64,000 nucleotides of DNA. It comes from an uncultured Verrucomicrobiae bacterium. Lineage in GTDB: Bacteria > Verrucomicrobiota > Verrucomicrobiia > Chthoniobacterales > JAATET01. Every line of letters begins with the position of its first letter. The first letter of the stretch is position 1. Location of the stretch: the NCBI GenBank assembly GCA_963719495.1, contig CAVRCI010000001.1, forward strand, positions 96,001 to 160,000, written 5' to 3'. This document shows positions 31,201 through 40,120 of the stretch, one piece after another. The notes under the pieces were generated by a model. That model saw nothing but the letters and a program-made list of their open reading frames with translations. It was not told the DNA's origin and ran no database searches. Position numbers and translations under genes: made by a program.

Positions 31201-31675
31201 TCCGCAGCCCCGCCAAATCGACGTCCGCCCCCGGCTCAGCGGTGAGGACGTATTGAAAGATCCACCCGACCCCCGTCGCGTCCGGCCCGAGTTGCGGCGC
31301 CACGCCCGTCGGCAGCCGGTTGGTCACCGAGTTCAACTGCTCCAGCACCCGGCTCCGAGCCCAATAAAGATCCGTCCCGTCCTCGAAAATGACGTAGACG
31401 AAGCTCGTCCCAAACATCGAATAGCCCCGCACCACCTTTGCGTAAGGCACCGCCAGCATCGCCGTGGTCAGCGGATACGTCACCTGATCCTCCACGATCC
31501 GCGGCGCCTGTCCGGCGTATTCGGTCCGAATGACCACCTGCACGTCCGAGAGATCCGGAATCGCGTCGACGGTGATGTTGCGAGCCGAATAAACGCCCCC
31601 GACCACGAGAAACGCCCCCAGCAGCAGAACCATCACCCGATTCCGCACGCACCAATCGATGAGCCCGGCGATCAT
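28208..31675 (-). CDS. cusA: CusA/SilA-type heavy-metal RND permease
   Basis: DAIPDLSDVQV, LGPDATGVGW; Met sites YMP, PAPMSM and WTMPI. Confidence 0.92.
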   Translation of the reverse strand: MIAGLIDWCVRNRVMVLLLGAFLVVGGVYSARNITVDAIPDLSDVQVVIRTEYAGQAPRIVEDQVTYPLTTAMLAVPYAKVVRGYSMFGTSFVYVIFEDGTDLYWARSRVLEQLNSVTNRLPTGVAPQLGPDATGVGWIFQYVLTAEPGADVDLAGLRSLQDWYLRYELTAVDGVSEVAPVGGFVKQYQVVVDPVKLRAYDIPLSKVRTAISRSNADVGGRLIEQSETEYMVRGLGYLGSSGPDDARSAQVLEDLSGIALGVNDSGTPIRLADVAEVRIGPDIRRGIAEWNGEGEVVGGIVIMRFGENAKATIDRVKARLAELEKGLPEGVRIEIAYDRSDLIERAVGTLTKTLTEEVVVVAIVCILFLLHARSALVAAFVLPAGVLATLTVMHLAGINANIMSLGGIAISIGVMVDSSIIMVENAHKFLEIERRRVAEGAAPRPRIEIIGDAAKEVGPSLFFALLIIVVSFLPIFVLGEQSGRLFKPLAFTKTFAMASGAILAVTVIPVLMTFFVTERTLPEAWGRRRRWGTYAGLMLVPAVGLGIYFSWWWAAAWVVLAALVLLPQRIPDEERNPISRVLEAIYNPAFALVMRFKGLTLLVAVLVLAATWWPFTQLGREFMPPLEEGDLLYMPTTDPGIGPTKAREVLQQTDKILAQFPEVKSVFGKIGRAETATDPAPMSMLETTLTLHRDKSKWRAVRVSRFFDGWPGWARWLPERVFASTRAITMDEIIYGYEIPDGRGGTLRVPGMNDALQFPGLTNAWTMPIRTRIDMLSTGIRTPVGIKFMGPDLEVLAGLAQEAAHALKSDAATSANTTSAFPEKSVGGNYFDVEVNRDAIARYGLVVGDVQDVIMTALGGMTVTSTVEGLERYPVNVRYPSELRDTIESVRQTLVATPSGAQVPLAQLADIAISKGPPMVKSENARLTSWVYVDIAEIDVGTYVDRAKEVVAREVPLPPGVTVKWSGQYEYMQAAAARLKIAIPLALVGIVLLLYLSTRSWLRVAIILLAVPFSLVGAIWFLWWMDYEMSLAVWVGLIALAGLDAETGAVMLLYLDTSYERFKAEGRLNSREDLWTAVHDGAVKRIRPKTMTVASTFVGLLPLLWADGAGADTMRRLAVPMIGGLGTSFLLELLIYPVVYYLARARGETIRVAEI

Positions 31676-31678
31676 AAT

Positions 31679-31790
31679 TCAAGGAGCGGCTGCTTCCAGC
31701 CGCCGATGTTCGGCAAAGCGAAGCGAGCCGCACCCTCAAGGAGCGGCGATTTGCAATCGCCGACCCAACCCAATTGAGCGAAGCGAATCA
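31679..31790. repeat. REP-like B-module doublet, related copy at 42320-42425
   Basis: TCAAGGAGCGGC.GCTTCCAGCCGCCGA..TCAAGGAGCGGCGATTTGCAATCGCCGA. Confidence 0.85.
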
Positions 31791-33542
31791 TTTCCCTTCC
31801 CCACCCCCCGCGACGGGCAGCACCACCCGATCGTCGAAACACCCCAACATCCGCGCCCCCATGTAAGGATTCTCGATCTCCCCCGCCGCCTGCAGCCACA
31901 CCGCCCCGCCCTGATCTTCGGTGAACATCGGACAATGCATCGCGAGCAAATTCCCCTCGAACCCCTCCGGCACCCCGGTCGCGGTCACCAGCTTCCGCAG
32001 CCCCACGCTCACTTTTCCAAACGCCAAGCGCGCCTCGGCCAAATCCGACGCCTTGGCCAATTCATCCACCCCCGGAATCTCACCGCCTTCAACCTCCCCA
32101 ATCGCCGCTCCAAACCCCCGGGCCGCCCCCGCCACCCCTACCAACGAATCCCCCGCCAACGCCCGCTGGATGACCAGATAATGCTCCAGCGCCTCCCGCA
32201 GCGCCACTGTCCCCGCCGGTTCCAGCACGACCAACTCCCCCATCGCAGCCGCCCGCTCGACCACCGGTTCCTGCCCCGCCGCCGGCTCCCCCTTCAACAT
32301 TTTCGCCAGCGCCTCCCGCATGTTCGCCTCGCTATCGAGCAGAAACTGCCCCGACGTCACCACCATCTCGCCCGACTCCAGGCCCGATAAAACTTCCACC
32401 TCCGCGTCGCCGGTCACCAGCCCCGTCTCGACGTCCCGCGGCTCGAATCGCCCCTCGCCCAGACTCACGAACGCGACCGTCCGCTTGCCCGTATCGATCA
32501 CCGCCGACCGCGGGACCAGCGTCGCCTCCGCCGCCATCCGGCTGCTCAGCTCCACGTTCGCAAACATCCCCGGCTTCAGCAGCCCCGTCGGATTGTCGAA
32601 TTCCAACCGCACCCGCGCCTCGCGCGTCTTCGTGTCGAGATACGGATACACGTAGGCCACCCGCCCGGCGAAGACCTGACCCGGAACGTAGGGCAGCGAC
32701 ATTTCGGCCGCCTGCCCCTCCGACAGAAACGGCAGCTGGTATTCGTAAACCGTCGCGATCACCCAGACCTCCGACAAATCCGCGATCCGGTAGACCTGCA
32801 TCCCCGGATCCACCTTCATCCCCTCGTTCGCGTGCTTCTCGGTCACCACGCCCGTGAAAGGACTCGCGATCCGCAACGATTTCTCCGCTTTCCCCCGCTT
32901 CGCCAGCGCGTCGATCTGCTCCGCCGACACGTCGAAATACTCCAGCCGTTTCCGCGCCGCATCGACCAGCGACCGATCCCCACCCCGCCGCGCGATGAGA
33001 AAATCCCGCTGCGCCGAATACAATTCCGGCGAGTAGATCGAAAACAACGGAGCCCCCGCCGCGACCCGCGAACCCAACGAATCGACGAAGATCTCCTCGA
33101 TCCAGCCCGAGATCTTCGTGTTCACGTCCCGCACCCGCTCCTCGTCGTATTCCACGATCCCGACCGTCCGGATCGTTTTCGTCAACGGTCCCTCCGTCAC
33201 CTCCGCGATCCGGACCCCCATGTTCTGCACGACCACCGGATTGATCACGATCTCGCCCGAAAACTTATCCGGATCCAGCGGCACCAGATCCATCCCGCAG
33301 ATCGGACACTGCCCCGGCTCGGGCTGCACGATCCAAGGATGCATCCCCGAGATCCAATACTGCGTCTCGCCATCGTCCTCGGCGGTCGGCGCCTCTCCGC
33401 AAGCAACCACCAAAAAACAAAAAACCGCCAGCCACCACCAGCCGAAGGCCCCCAACCCGGAGGGCGAGGCTCCCGCCGAGCCGTGGCTTCCACCCCAACG
33501 CCCCCAAAAACCCAATCCCCCGCAATCCACCATCATCTTCAT
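31788..33542 (-). CDS. cusB: CusB-type RND membrane fusion protein with N-terminal heavy-metal motif and C-terminal DUF3347-like domain
   Basis: MHPW..PGQCPICGMDLVP, YSPELYSAQ, LKPGMF and HCPM..WLQ..NPYMG motifs. ATGA overlap with the upstream gene. Confidence 0.88.
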   Translation of the reverse strand: MKMMVDCGGLGFWGRWGGSHGSAGASPSGLGAFGWWWLAVFCFLVVACGEAPTAEDDGETQYWISGMHPWIVQPEPGQCPICGMDLVPLDPDKFSGEIVINPVVVQNMGVRIAEVTEGPLTKTIRTVGIVEYDEERVRDVNTKISGWIEEIFVDSLGSRVAAGAPLFSIYSPELYSAQRDFLIARRGGDRSLVDAARKRLEYFDVSAEQIDALAKRGKAEKSLRIASPFTGVVTEKHANEGMKVDPGMQVYRIADLSEVWVIATVYEYQLPFLSEGQAAEMSLPYVPGQVFAGRVAYVYPYLDTKTREARVRLEFDNPTGLLKPGMFANVELSSRMAAEATLVPRSAVIDTGKRTVAFVSLGEGRFEPRDVETGLVTGDAEVEVLSGLESGEMVVTSGQFLLDSEANMREALAKMLKGEPAAGQEPVVERAAAMGELVVLEPAGTVALREALEHYLVIQRALAGDSLVGVAGAARGFGAAIGEVEGGEIPGVDELAKASDLAEARLAFGKVSVGLRKLVTATGVPEGFEGNLLAMHCPMFTEDQGGAVWLQAAGEIENPYMGARMLGCFDDRVVLPVAGGGEGK

Positions 33543-34804
33543 TTCACACTCCTCCCCGCATCCAGCGGCTCACCAATCGCTCGTTCCAGATCCGCCACCG
33601 CCCGCAGATACCCCGCCGTCCGGTCAACCAAACCCAACTCCGCCGCCAGCGCCGCCCGCTGCACGTCCAACAAATCCGTCAATCCCACCGTCCCCGTCGC
33701 GAACCCCGACGTCACCGACTCCACCGCCAACCGCGCCCCCGGAATGATCTCCGCCGCGTAACGATCCCGCTGATCCCGCATCGCCCGCGCCATCGCGTAG
33801 GCCCCCTGCACGCTCGCGCTCACGTCCGCCGTGAGCTGCGCCTGTCGCGCCGCCGCCGACCCCAGCCGGGCGACCGCCGAGCGTTTCTGCGCGCCCAATT
33901 TGTCCCACCAGATCGGCACGTTCACCGCCACGGTCCCCATCACCGGATCGTTCCCAGTCTGCGGCGTGTTCCGGATCACCGTGCTCGCATCCACCACCGT
34001 GTAATCCAACCCGAACGTCACGTCCGGGTAATACTCCAGCGCCGCCGCCCGCACGCCCAGATCCTCCCGCGCCACCGCCGCCCGAGCCGCCTCCAGATCC
34101 TGATTCGTCCCGATCGACCGCCGCATCACCTCAGTCAGCGAAGGCAATTCCGGCAACTCGGGCTCCGCGTAGCGCCCCACCGCGGCCCCCGCCTCCACCT
34201 CGCCGCGCAACGCCGCCATCCGCGCCACCACCCCGGTCCGCTCCGCCTCGAGCTGCGACACCCGCACCGCCACCTCCTCCGCCGCCACCTGCGACCGAAT
34301 CACGTCCGCCAGCGAACCCCGATTCGTCTCCACCAAGCCCTCCGACGACTCCGCCGTCTGCCGAAACAACGCCTCCTGATCCCGCAACACGAGAATCGCC
34401 GCGTCCGCCCGATAAAGATCCGCCAACAAAGTCCGCCCCAACGCGAAGACGTCGCGCAGCGCCGCCCGATACTTCCAATACGCCACCCGCGCGTCCGCCG
34501 CCGACCCCGCCTTCGCCGTCCCCAATTTCCCCGGAAACGGAAGCTTCTGCGAAACCCCAAAGCGCTGCCGCATCGCCCCCGTCCGCGTTTGCACGCTCGT
34601 GAAATAATACCCGTAACTCACCACCGGATCCGGCAAAGAAGCCACCACCTCCGGCATCTCCGCCATCGCCTCCCAATCCAACCGCGCCGACTCCACACCC
34701 GGATTCGACGCAAGCACCTCCGAAAAAAACCGATCAGCCAACGGTTCGCCCGCTCGGGCCACGGATGCGGCCATCAAACACACAATGAAAAAACGGAAAT
34801 TCAA
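33539..34804 (-). CDS. TolC family outer membrane efflux protein
   Basis: LPDP..SQKLPFPGKL, YYPDV and VNVPIW motifs; first gene of the cus operon. TTG start tentative. Confidence 0.85.
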   Translation of the reverse strand: MNFRFFIVCLMAASVARAGEPLADRFFSEVLASNPGVESARLDWEAMAEMPEVVASLPDPVVSYGYYFTSVQTRTGAMRQRFGVSQKLPFPGKLGTAKAGSAADARVAYWKYRAALRDVFALGRTLLADLYRADAAILVLRDQEALFRQTAESSEGLVETNRGSLADVIRSQVAAEEVAVRVSQLEAERTGVVARMAALRGEVEAGAAVGRYAEPELPELPSLTEVMRRSIGTNQDLEAARAAVAREDLGVRAAALEYYPDVTFGLDYTVVDASTVIRNTPQTGNDPVMGTVAVNVPIWWDKLGAQKRSAVARLGSAAARQAQLTADVSASVQGAYAMARAMRDQRDRYAAEIIPGARLAVESVTSGFATGTVGLTDLLDVQRAALAAELGLVDRTAGYLRAVADLERAIGEPLDAGRSVK

Positions 34805-34962
34805 ACCACGGACGATGTGAGTGTAACGAACCCAAACCGAAAAACCCTCCGAGAACCCGACGGCCGTCGCCCGGTAACGTCCCGCCGCCCCCCCCACGCG
34901 CCACGATTTCCGCTGGCGAATCCCGACCACCCGGTCGAGACTCCAGACGGCTCTCCTCCCCG

Positions 34963-36417
34963 ATGATCCGCCGTCTCCTCATCCCCGTCCTCGTCTCCGG
35001 CATCGGACTCCACGCCGCGCCGCTGGACGACATCGGTGTGACCGCGCTCCGGTCCGAACACCCGGAGCTCACGGGGGCCGGAGTCACCGTCGGCGTGGCC
35101 GAAGCCGGTCCGTCGTATCAGGTCAATCCCGCCACGACCGGCCATCCCGCCTCGGATTTTCAGTATTACGACACCGACCACCCCTACGGCGGTGCCGGGC
35201 ACGTCTCCACCCCTTCCCTCCACTCGGGTCACGCCAACAGCGTTGCCGCGGCCTTTTTCAAGACCACCACCGGCGCGGCACCCGGCGTCCCAAAGATCGA
35301 GAACTTCGACGCCAGTTACTTCTTCAACCGAGTCGTTGCCCGCACGACGACGACACCGCAAGGCACCTTCTGGACGCCGATCGCCATCGATTCCCGCGTC
35401 GTGAATCAGAGTTTCATTTTCACCGGCACCACCGCCTCCGAAGAAGCGCAGGTCAACCGCTTCTACGACGCCTACGCCCGCCAGTTCAACGTCCTCTTCG
35501 TCAACGGCAGCGGCAACGGCGTCGCCGCCGACACCCCCGCCCCGGCATCCTCCTTTAACGGCATCGCCGTCGGTCGCCTCGACGGCAACCACGCCGGTCG
35601 CGTCCAACTCGTGGCTCCCGGCGGTGCCACCAGCTTCACCACTCCCTACGTCTCCGGGGTCGCCACCCTCCTCCAACAAGCCGCCGACCTCGGCCAGGCC
35701 AACGAAATCGACGCCGACCCGACCGACGCCCGCGTCACGAAGGTCCTGCTCCTCAACGGCGCGACGAAGCCGGAAACCTGGACTCAGACCGAAACCGATC
35801 CGCTCGACGCCACCTTCGGGGCGGGCCTCGTGAATGCCAAAAATTCCCACGACACCCTCGCCGCCGGTCAGCAACTTCCAACCCTCGCCACCAACCCCGC
35901 GCTCGGCACCGTCGACACTTCCACGTCTTTCGCCGGAACCACGCCCCTCGCTTCACTCCAGGGGTGGGACCTCCGCAACCTCACCGCATCCACCACCCAG
36001 GACGCCGCCCAACATTACTTTTTCGATCTCACCGGCGGCGGCCTCGTCGACTTCACCCTCACCGCCACCATCACCTGGTTCAGCCTGCCAAACCTCGCGG
36101 AGGGCACCAACGCGATCAGTAATTTCGACCTCCACCTCGTCGACGTCGACACCCAGACCGTCGCCCTTTCCAGCAGCGGCACGGGCGAAAATATCGAGCA
36201 CCTCTACGGCATCGGCCTCGCCGCCGCTCGCTACGATCTCCAGGTCGTTCTCCGCGGAGGATCCGGCGCCCCCGTTCCCACCGACTCGTATGCCCTCGCC
36301 TATTCCTTCGCTGAAATGGCCGTTACCGCCGTGCCCGAGAGTAAATTTTTCCTAGCGCTTCCCGTCATTCTCGCCGTCGTCATCGTCGGTCGACGGCGCC
36401 GAAAACCGATCGTTTGA
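34963..36417 (+). CDS. Secreted S8-like (subtilase) peptidase with PEP-CTERM-like sorting tail
   Basis: Signal peptide, LTGAGVTVGVAE, GHANSVA, ATSFTTPYVSG and KVLLLNGA motifs; C-terminal VPES + TM + RRRRK. Confidence 0.75.
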   Translation: MIRRLLIPVLVSGIGLHAAPLDDIGVTALRSEHPELTGAGVTVGVAEAGPSYQVNPATTGHPASDFQYYDTDHPYGGAGHVSTPSLHSGHANSVAAAFFKTTTGAAPGVPKIENFDASYFFNRVVARTTTTPQGTFWTPIAIDSRVVNQSFIFTGTTASEEAQVNRFYDAYARQFNVLFVNGSGNGVAADTPAPASSFNGIAVGRLDGNHAGRVQLVAPGGATSFTTPYVSGVATLLQQAADLGQANEIDADPTDARVTKVLLLNGATKPETWTQTETDPLDATFGAGLVNAKNSHDTLAAGQQLPTLATNPALGTVDTSTSFAGTTPLASLQGWDLRNLTASTTQDAAQHYFFDLTGGGLVDFTLTATITWFSLPNLAEGTNAISNFDLHLVDVDTQTVALSSSGTGENIEHLYGIGLAAARYDLQVVLRGGSGAPVPTDSYALAYSFAEMAVTAVPESKFFLALPVILAVVIVGRRRRKPIV

Positions 36418-36554
36418 AGCCCGATCTCAGCCGTCGGAACGGCGAAAACTATCCCATCCTCTCCCTTTGCCGCGCCCGCTTCCGGTGCTACCGTCCGCGA
36501 CCCAATGCCGTATCGTTCGTATCTCCAAGTCCCCGCCCCGCGTAAAATCGGCCT

Positions 36555-38036
36555 GTGATAAATTCCGTCTCGATCATCGGCGCGGGGCCCGCCGGACTCA
36601 CCGCCGCCTACGCCCTCGGTAAGGAAAAGGTCCCCGTCACCGTCTTCGAAGCCGACCCCGAGTCCGTCGGAGGCATCTCGCGCACGGCGAAATACAAGGA
36701 CTTCTGCTTCGACATCGGCGGCCACCGGTTTTTCTCAAAAAGCCAGGAAATCGAGGACCTCTGGACCGAGCTTCTCCCGAACGATTTTCTCACCCGCCCG
36801 CGCTCGTCCCGCATCTACTACCGGGGTAAGTTTTTCTCCTACCCCCTCCGCCCGTTCGAAGCCTTCGTGAAGCTTGGCCCGTGGGAGTCGATGCTCTGCG
36901 GACTCTCCTACCTCCGCGCCCGACTTTTCCCGACCAGGAACCCCCGTAGCTTCGAGGAATGGGTCACCAATCAATTCGGCGCCCGCCTCTTCCGGATCTT
37001 CTTCAAGACCTACACCGAGAAGGTCTGGGGCATGAGCTGCTCCGAGATCTCCGCCGACTGGGCCGCCCAACGCATCAAGGGCTTGTCGCTGTCGAAGGCC
37101 GTTCTGAGTTCACTCAAACCCAAACGTCGCGGCGGCCCCGTCATCAAGACGCTCATCAATACCTTCCGCTACCCGCGAAAAGGCCCGGGTATGCTCTGGG
37201 AGGAGACCGCCCGCAAAGTCCAAGCCCAGGGCGGCACCGTCGAGATGGGAGCCAACGTCACTGGCTGCCGCTACGACGCGGACTCCGGCGAATGGGAGAC
37301 GTCCTTCCAACGAAACGGCGAGACCGCGACCGTCCGCTCGAAACACGTCATCTCCTCCACCCCGATCCGCCAGCTCGCTACCCTGCTCGATCCGCCACTC
37401 GCCACCCCCGCCGCCAAGGCCGCCGCCTCGCTCCGCTACCGCGACTTCCTCACCGTCGCCCTCGTCGCCCGCGAGCGCCGCCCCATCGCCGACAACTGGA
37501 TCTACATCCACGAACCCGGCGTCCAGGTCGGTCGCGTGCAGAACTTCAAATCCTGGTCACCCGAGATGGTCCCCAGCCCGGACCTCGCCTGCTACGGCCT
37601 CGAGTATTTCTGCTTCGAAGGAGATGGCCTCTGGACCACCTCCGACGAAGACCTCGTCGCCCTCGGTCGCCGCGAGCTCGTCCAACTCGGCATCGTCGAC
37701 GCCGAGGACATCCTCGACGGCACCGTCGTCCGCCAACCCAAGGCCTACCCGGTCTACGACGACAACTACGCCGCCGCCGTCCTAATCGTCCGCGACGAAC
37801 TCACCGCCCGCTACCCCAATCTCCACCTCGTCGGACGCAACGGCATGCACAAATACAACAACCAGGACCACTCCATGATGACGGCCCTGCTCTGCGCCAA
37901 GAACATCGTCGCCGACGAACCCCGCTTCGACCTCTGGGAAGTCAACGAAGACGCCGAATACCACGAAACCGAATCGACCGAGTCCAACGGAGCATCCGGC
38001 CTCCGCGCCGTCCCCCAAAAGCTCAATCCGGTTTGA
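36555..38036 (+). CDS. FAD-dependent oxidoreductase (UDP-galactopyranose mutase / HemY-like)
   Basis: [24 protein letters not shown] and [13 protein letters not shown] motifs. Confidence 0.85.
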   Translation: MINSVSIIGAGPAGLTAAYALGKEKVPVTVFEADPESVGGISRTAKYKDFCFDIGGHRFFSKSQEIEDLWTELLPNDFLTRPRSSRIYYRGKFFSYPLRPFEAFVKLGPWESMLCGLSYLRARLFPTRNPRSFEEWVTNQFGARLFRIFFKTYTEKVWGMSCSEISADWAAQRIKGLSLSKAVLSSLKPKRRGGPVIKTLINTFRYPRKGPGMLWEETARKVQAQGGTVEMGANVTGCRYDADSGEWETSFQRNGETATVRSKHVISSTPIRQLATLLDPPLATPAAKAAASLRYRDFLTVALVARERRPIADNWIYIHEPGVQVGRVQNFKSWSPEMVPSPDLACYGLEYFCFEGDGLWTTSDEDLVALGRRELVQLGIVDAEDILDGTVVRQPKAYPVYDDNYAAAVLIVRDELTARYPNLHLVGRNGMHKYNNQDHSMMTALLCAKNIVADEPRFDLWEVNEDAEYHETESTESNGASGLRAVPQKLNPV

Positions 38037-38138
38037 ACCGCGGATGACGCGGAGCTCGCAGATGTTGAAATCCAACACGACGCATCTGTGTGATCCGCGC
38101 AATCCGCGTAATCCGCAGTCTCTCCCGTATTCCTCACC

Positions 38139-39728
38139 GTGACCATCCGCCGAACCGAACGAGCCGCGCTCGTCGTCATCGGCGCGCTTCTGCTCCTTCG
38201 TCTCGTCTCCGTGTTCACCCATGGCGTCGACTCCGACGAACCCCAGAACCTGCACGTCATCCACCGCTGGGCCGCCGGAGATCTTCCCTACCGCGACGTT
38301 TTCGACAACCACACCCCGCTGCTCCACTGGCTCTTCCTCCCCTTCGCCTGGATCGTCGGCGAGAACGCCAACGTCGTCGTCCTCGCCCGACTGACCCTCG
38401 TTCCACTCAGCTTCGGTGCCGTCGCGCTCATCTACCTCCTAAACCGCCGACTCTTCGACCGCCCCATCGCGCTCTGGGCGCTGGCCATCACCCTCGCCCT
38501 CGCCGACTGGTCGCTCAAGTCCATCGAACTCCGACCCGATGTCCTCTGGATGTTCCTCTGGTTCGCCGCGCTCCTCGCCCTCGTCCGACCCGACAAAACC
38601 CCACGCTTTTTCCTGGCCGGCCTCTTCCTCGGAGCCTCCGCCGCCGCCTCCGTCAAGACCGCCTTCCTGCTTCCCTCCCTCGCCATCGGGTGGGCCGGGG
38701 CGTGGGCGATCTCGGCGAACTTCCGCGCCGCCTATCCGTGGTCGGCGATTTTCCGCCACACGATCCTCGCCACGCTCGGCTTCGCGATCGTCCCAGCCAT
38801 CGTCGTCGGCTACTTCGCGTTCCAAGGCGCGATCGATGAGATGGTCTACTGCGTCTACGCGATCAACAAAGACCCGTTCATCACCGACCGCACTTGGATT
38901 TTTCTCGTCGGGCTCCCGGTCGCCGTCGGCCTCGCAGCACTCCTCGCCCGCTCCCGCACGCTCCGATCCGCCTATCAGGCCGCCGTTTTCCTCACCGCCG
39001 CCGCCTACACCCTCGCGATCATCGGATTCGGCCCCTACGAATCCCTCGCCAAACAGACCTTCCTCCCCGCCTACCCACTGCTCATCGCCGCCGCCTGCCA
39101 GCTCGCGATCGGCTTTCGTGCGTGGCGCGACTGGCAAGTCACCGCCGTCGCGGGTGCCACCTGCTTCGGCCTCACCGTCGCCCAGATCGCCGGCAGCCCA
39201 CCCTGGCGCGACGGCACCGCCGAGCAGCGTGAACTCCTCGCCACCGTCCTCACCCACACCCAGCCCGAAGACTTCGTCATGGACCTCAAAGGCGAAACCA
39301 TCTTCCGCCGCCGCCCCGTCCGCCTCGCCTACGTCGGCAACACCGTCCGCGAAATGGAAGCCGGCAACCTCACCGCCCCAAACCCGAAGCGGCTCACCGA
39401 AACCCAGACCGGCTACGCCATCGAACGCACGTCCAGCTTCCCACCGGCCATGCAGGATTTCCTCCGCGAGAACACGCTCTCCACCACCGGCGACATCCTC
39501 CGAGCCGCCGGGAAAATCCTCAAGCCATCCTTCGAGGAAGGCAAATGGATCGAACGCACCCCGATCGCCATCCCAGGCCAATACGTGATCGTCGAGAACG
39601 ACCAAATCACATCGACGATCGACATCCCCGCTCCCGGCCCCCAAGTCTTCGAATTCCCCGACCGCACCCAACGCTTCCTCTTCTGGCAACAAGCTTGGGA
39701 GTCCGGTCTCCGCCCCATCGGAGACTGA
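38139..39728 (+). CDS. GT-C (ArnT/GT39-like) membrane glycosyltransferase
   Basis: DSDE acidic loop, PYRDVFDNHTPL, ELRPD; multiple TM segments. Confidence 0.7.
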   Translation: MTIRRTERAALVVIGALLLLRLVSVFTHGVDSDEPQNLHVIHRWAAGDLPYRDVFDNHTPLLHWLFLPFAWIVGENANVVVLARLTLVPLSFGAVALIYLLNRRLFDRPIALWALAITLALADWSLKSIELRPDVLWMFLWFAALLALVRPDKTPRFFLAGLFLGASAAASVKTAFLLPSLAIGWAGAWAISANFRAAYPWSAIFRHTILATLGFAIVPAIVVGYFAFQGAIDEMVYCVYAINKDPFITDRTWIFLVGLPVAVGLAALLARSRTLRSAYQAAVFLTAAAYTLAIIGFGPYESLAKQTFLPAYPLLIAAACQLAIGFRAWRDWQVTAVAGATCFGLTVAQIAGSPPWRDGTAEQRELLATVLTHTQPEDFVMDLKGETIFRRRPVRLAYVGNTVREMEAGNLTAPNPKRLTETQTGYAIERTSSFPPAMQDFLRENTLSTTGDILRAAGKILKPSFEEGKWIERTPIAIPGQYVIVENDQITSTIDIPAPGPQVFEFPDRTQRFLFWQQAWESGLRPIGD

Positions 39729-39924
39729 GCGCCAGCTTCCGAAAACTCTGTCATGCTGAGGACCCTGAGCACGCAAGCGAGCCAAGAAGCCGGGGATGAC
39801 AAATCAATGGCAGCAAAGCCCATTCTTTCAAATCTTTGCGACCTTTGCGGCCTTCTGTTCAAAGCCTCATTGGTATCCGTATTCCCCCTCGTTCTCTTCG
39901 TTCCCTTCTGTTCAAAACAGCCCA

Positions 39925-40020
39925 TGTCATTGGCAGCGAAGCGAAGCATCTCTGGCCCGCAAAGCATCCCGCCCCCCCCGCCTGAGAAGCCAGAGATATT
40001 TCGCTTCGCTCAATAAGACA
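39925..40020. repeat. TGTCAT..GCGAAGCGAAGCATCT hairpin family; half copies at 18117-18150, 60811-60844 and 52329-52355 (reversed)
   Basis: TGTCATTGGCAGCGAAGCGAAGCATCTCTGGC...GCCAGAGATATTTCGCTTCGCTCAATAAGACA. Confidence 0.85.
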
Positions 40021-40120
40021 GATCGAGTGGACGCCCCAGCGGAGCTCCGCCACCCGCCACTCCTCTCCCCACCCCATTTCTCATTCCCCATTTCCAATTC
40101 CTCATTTAATTAAAAATGCT

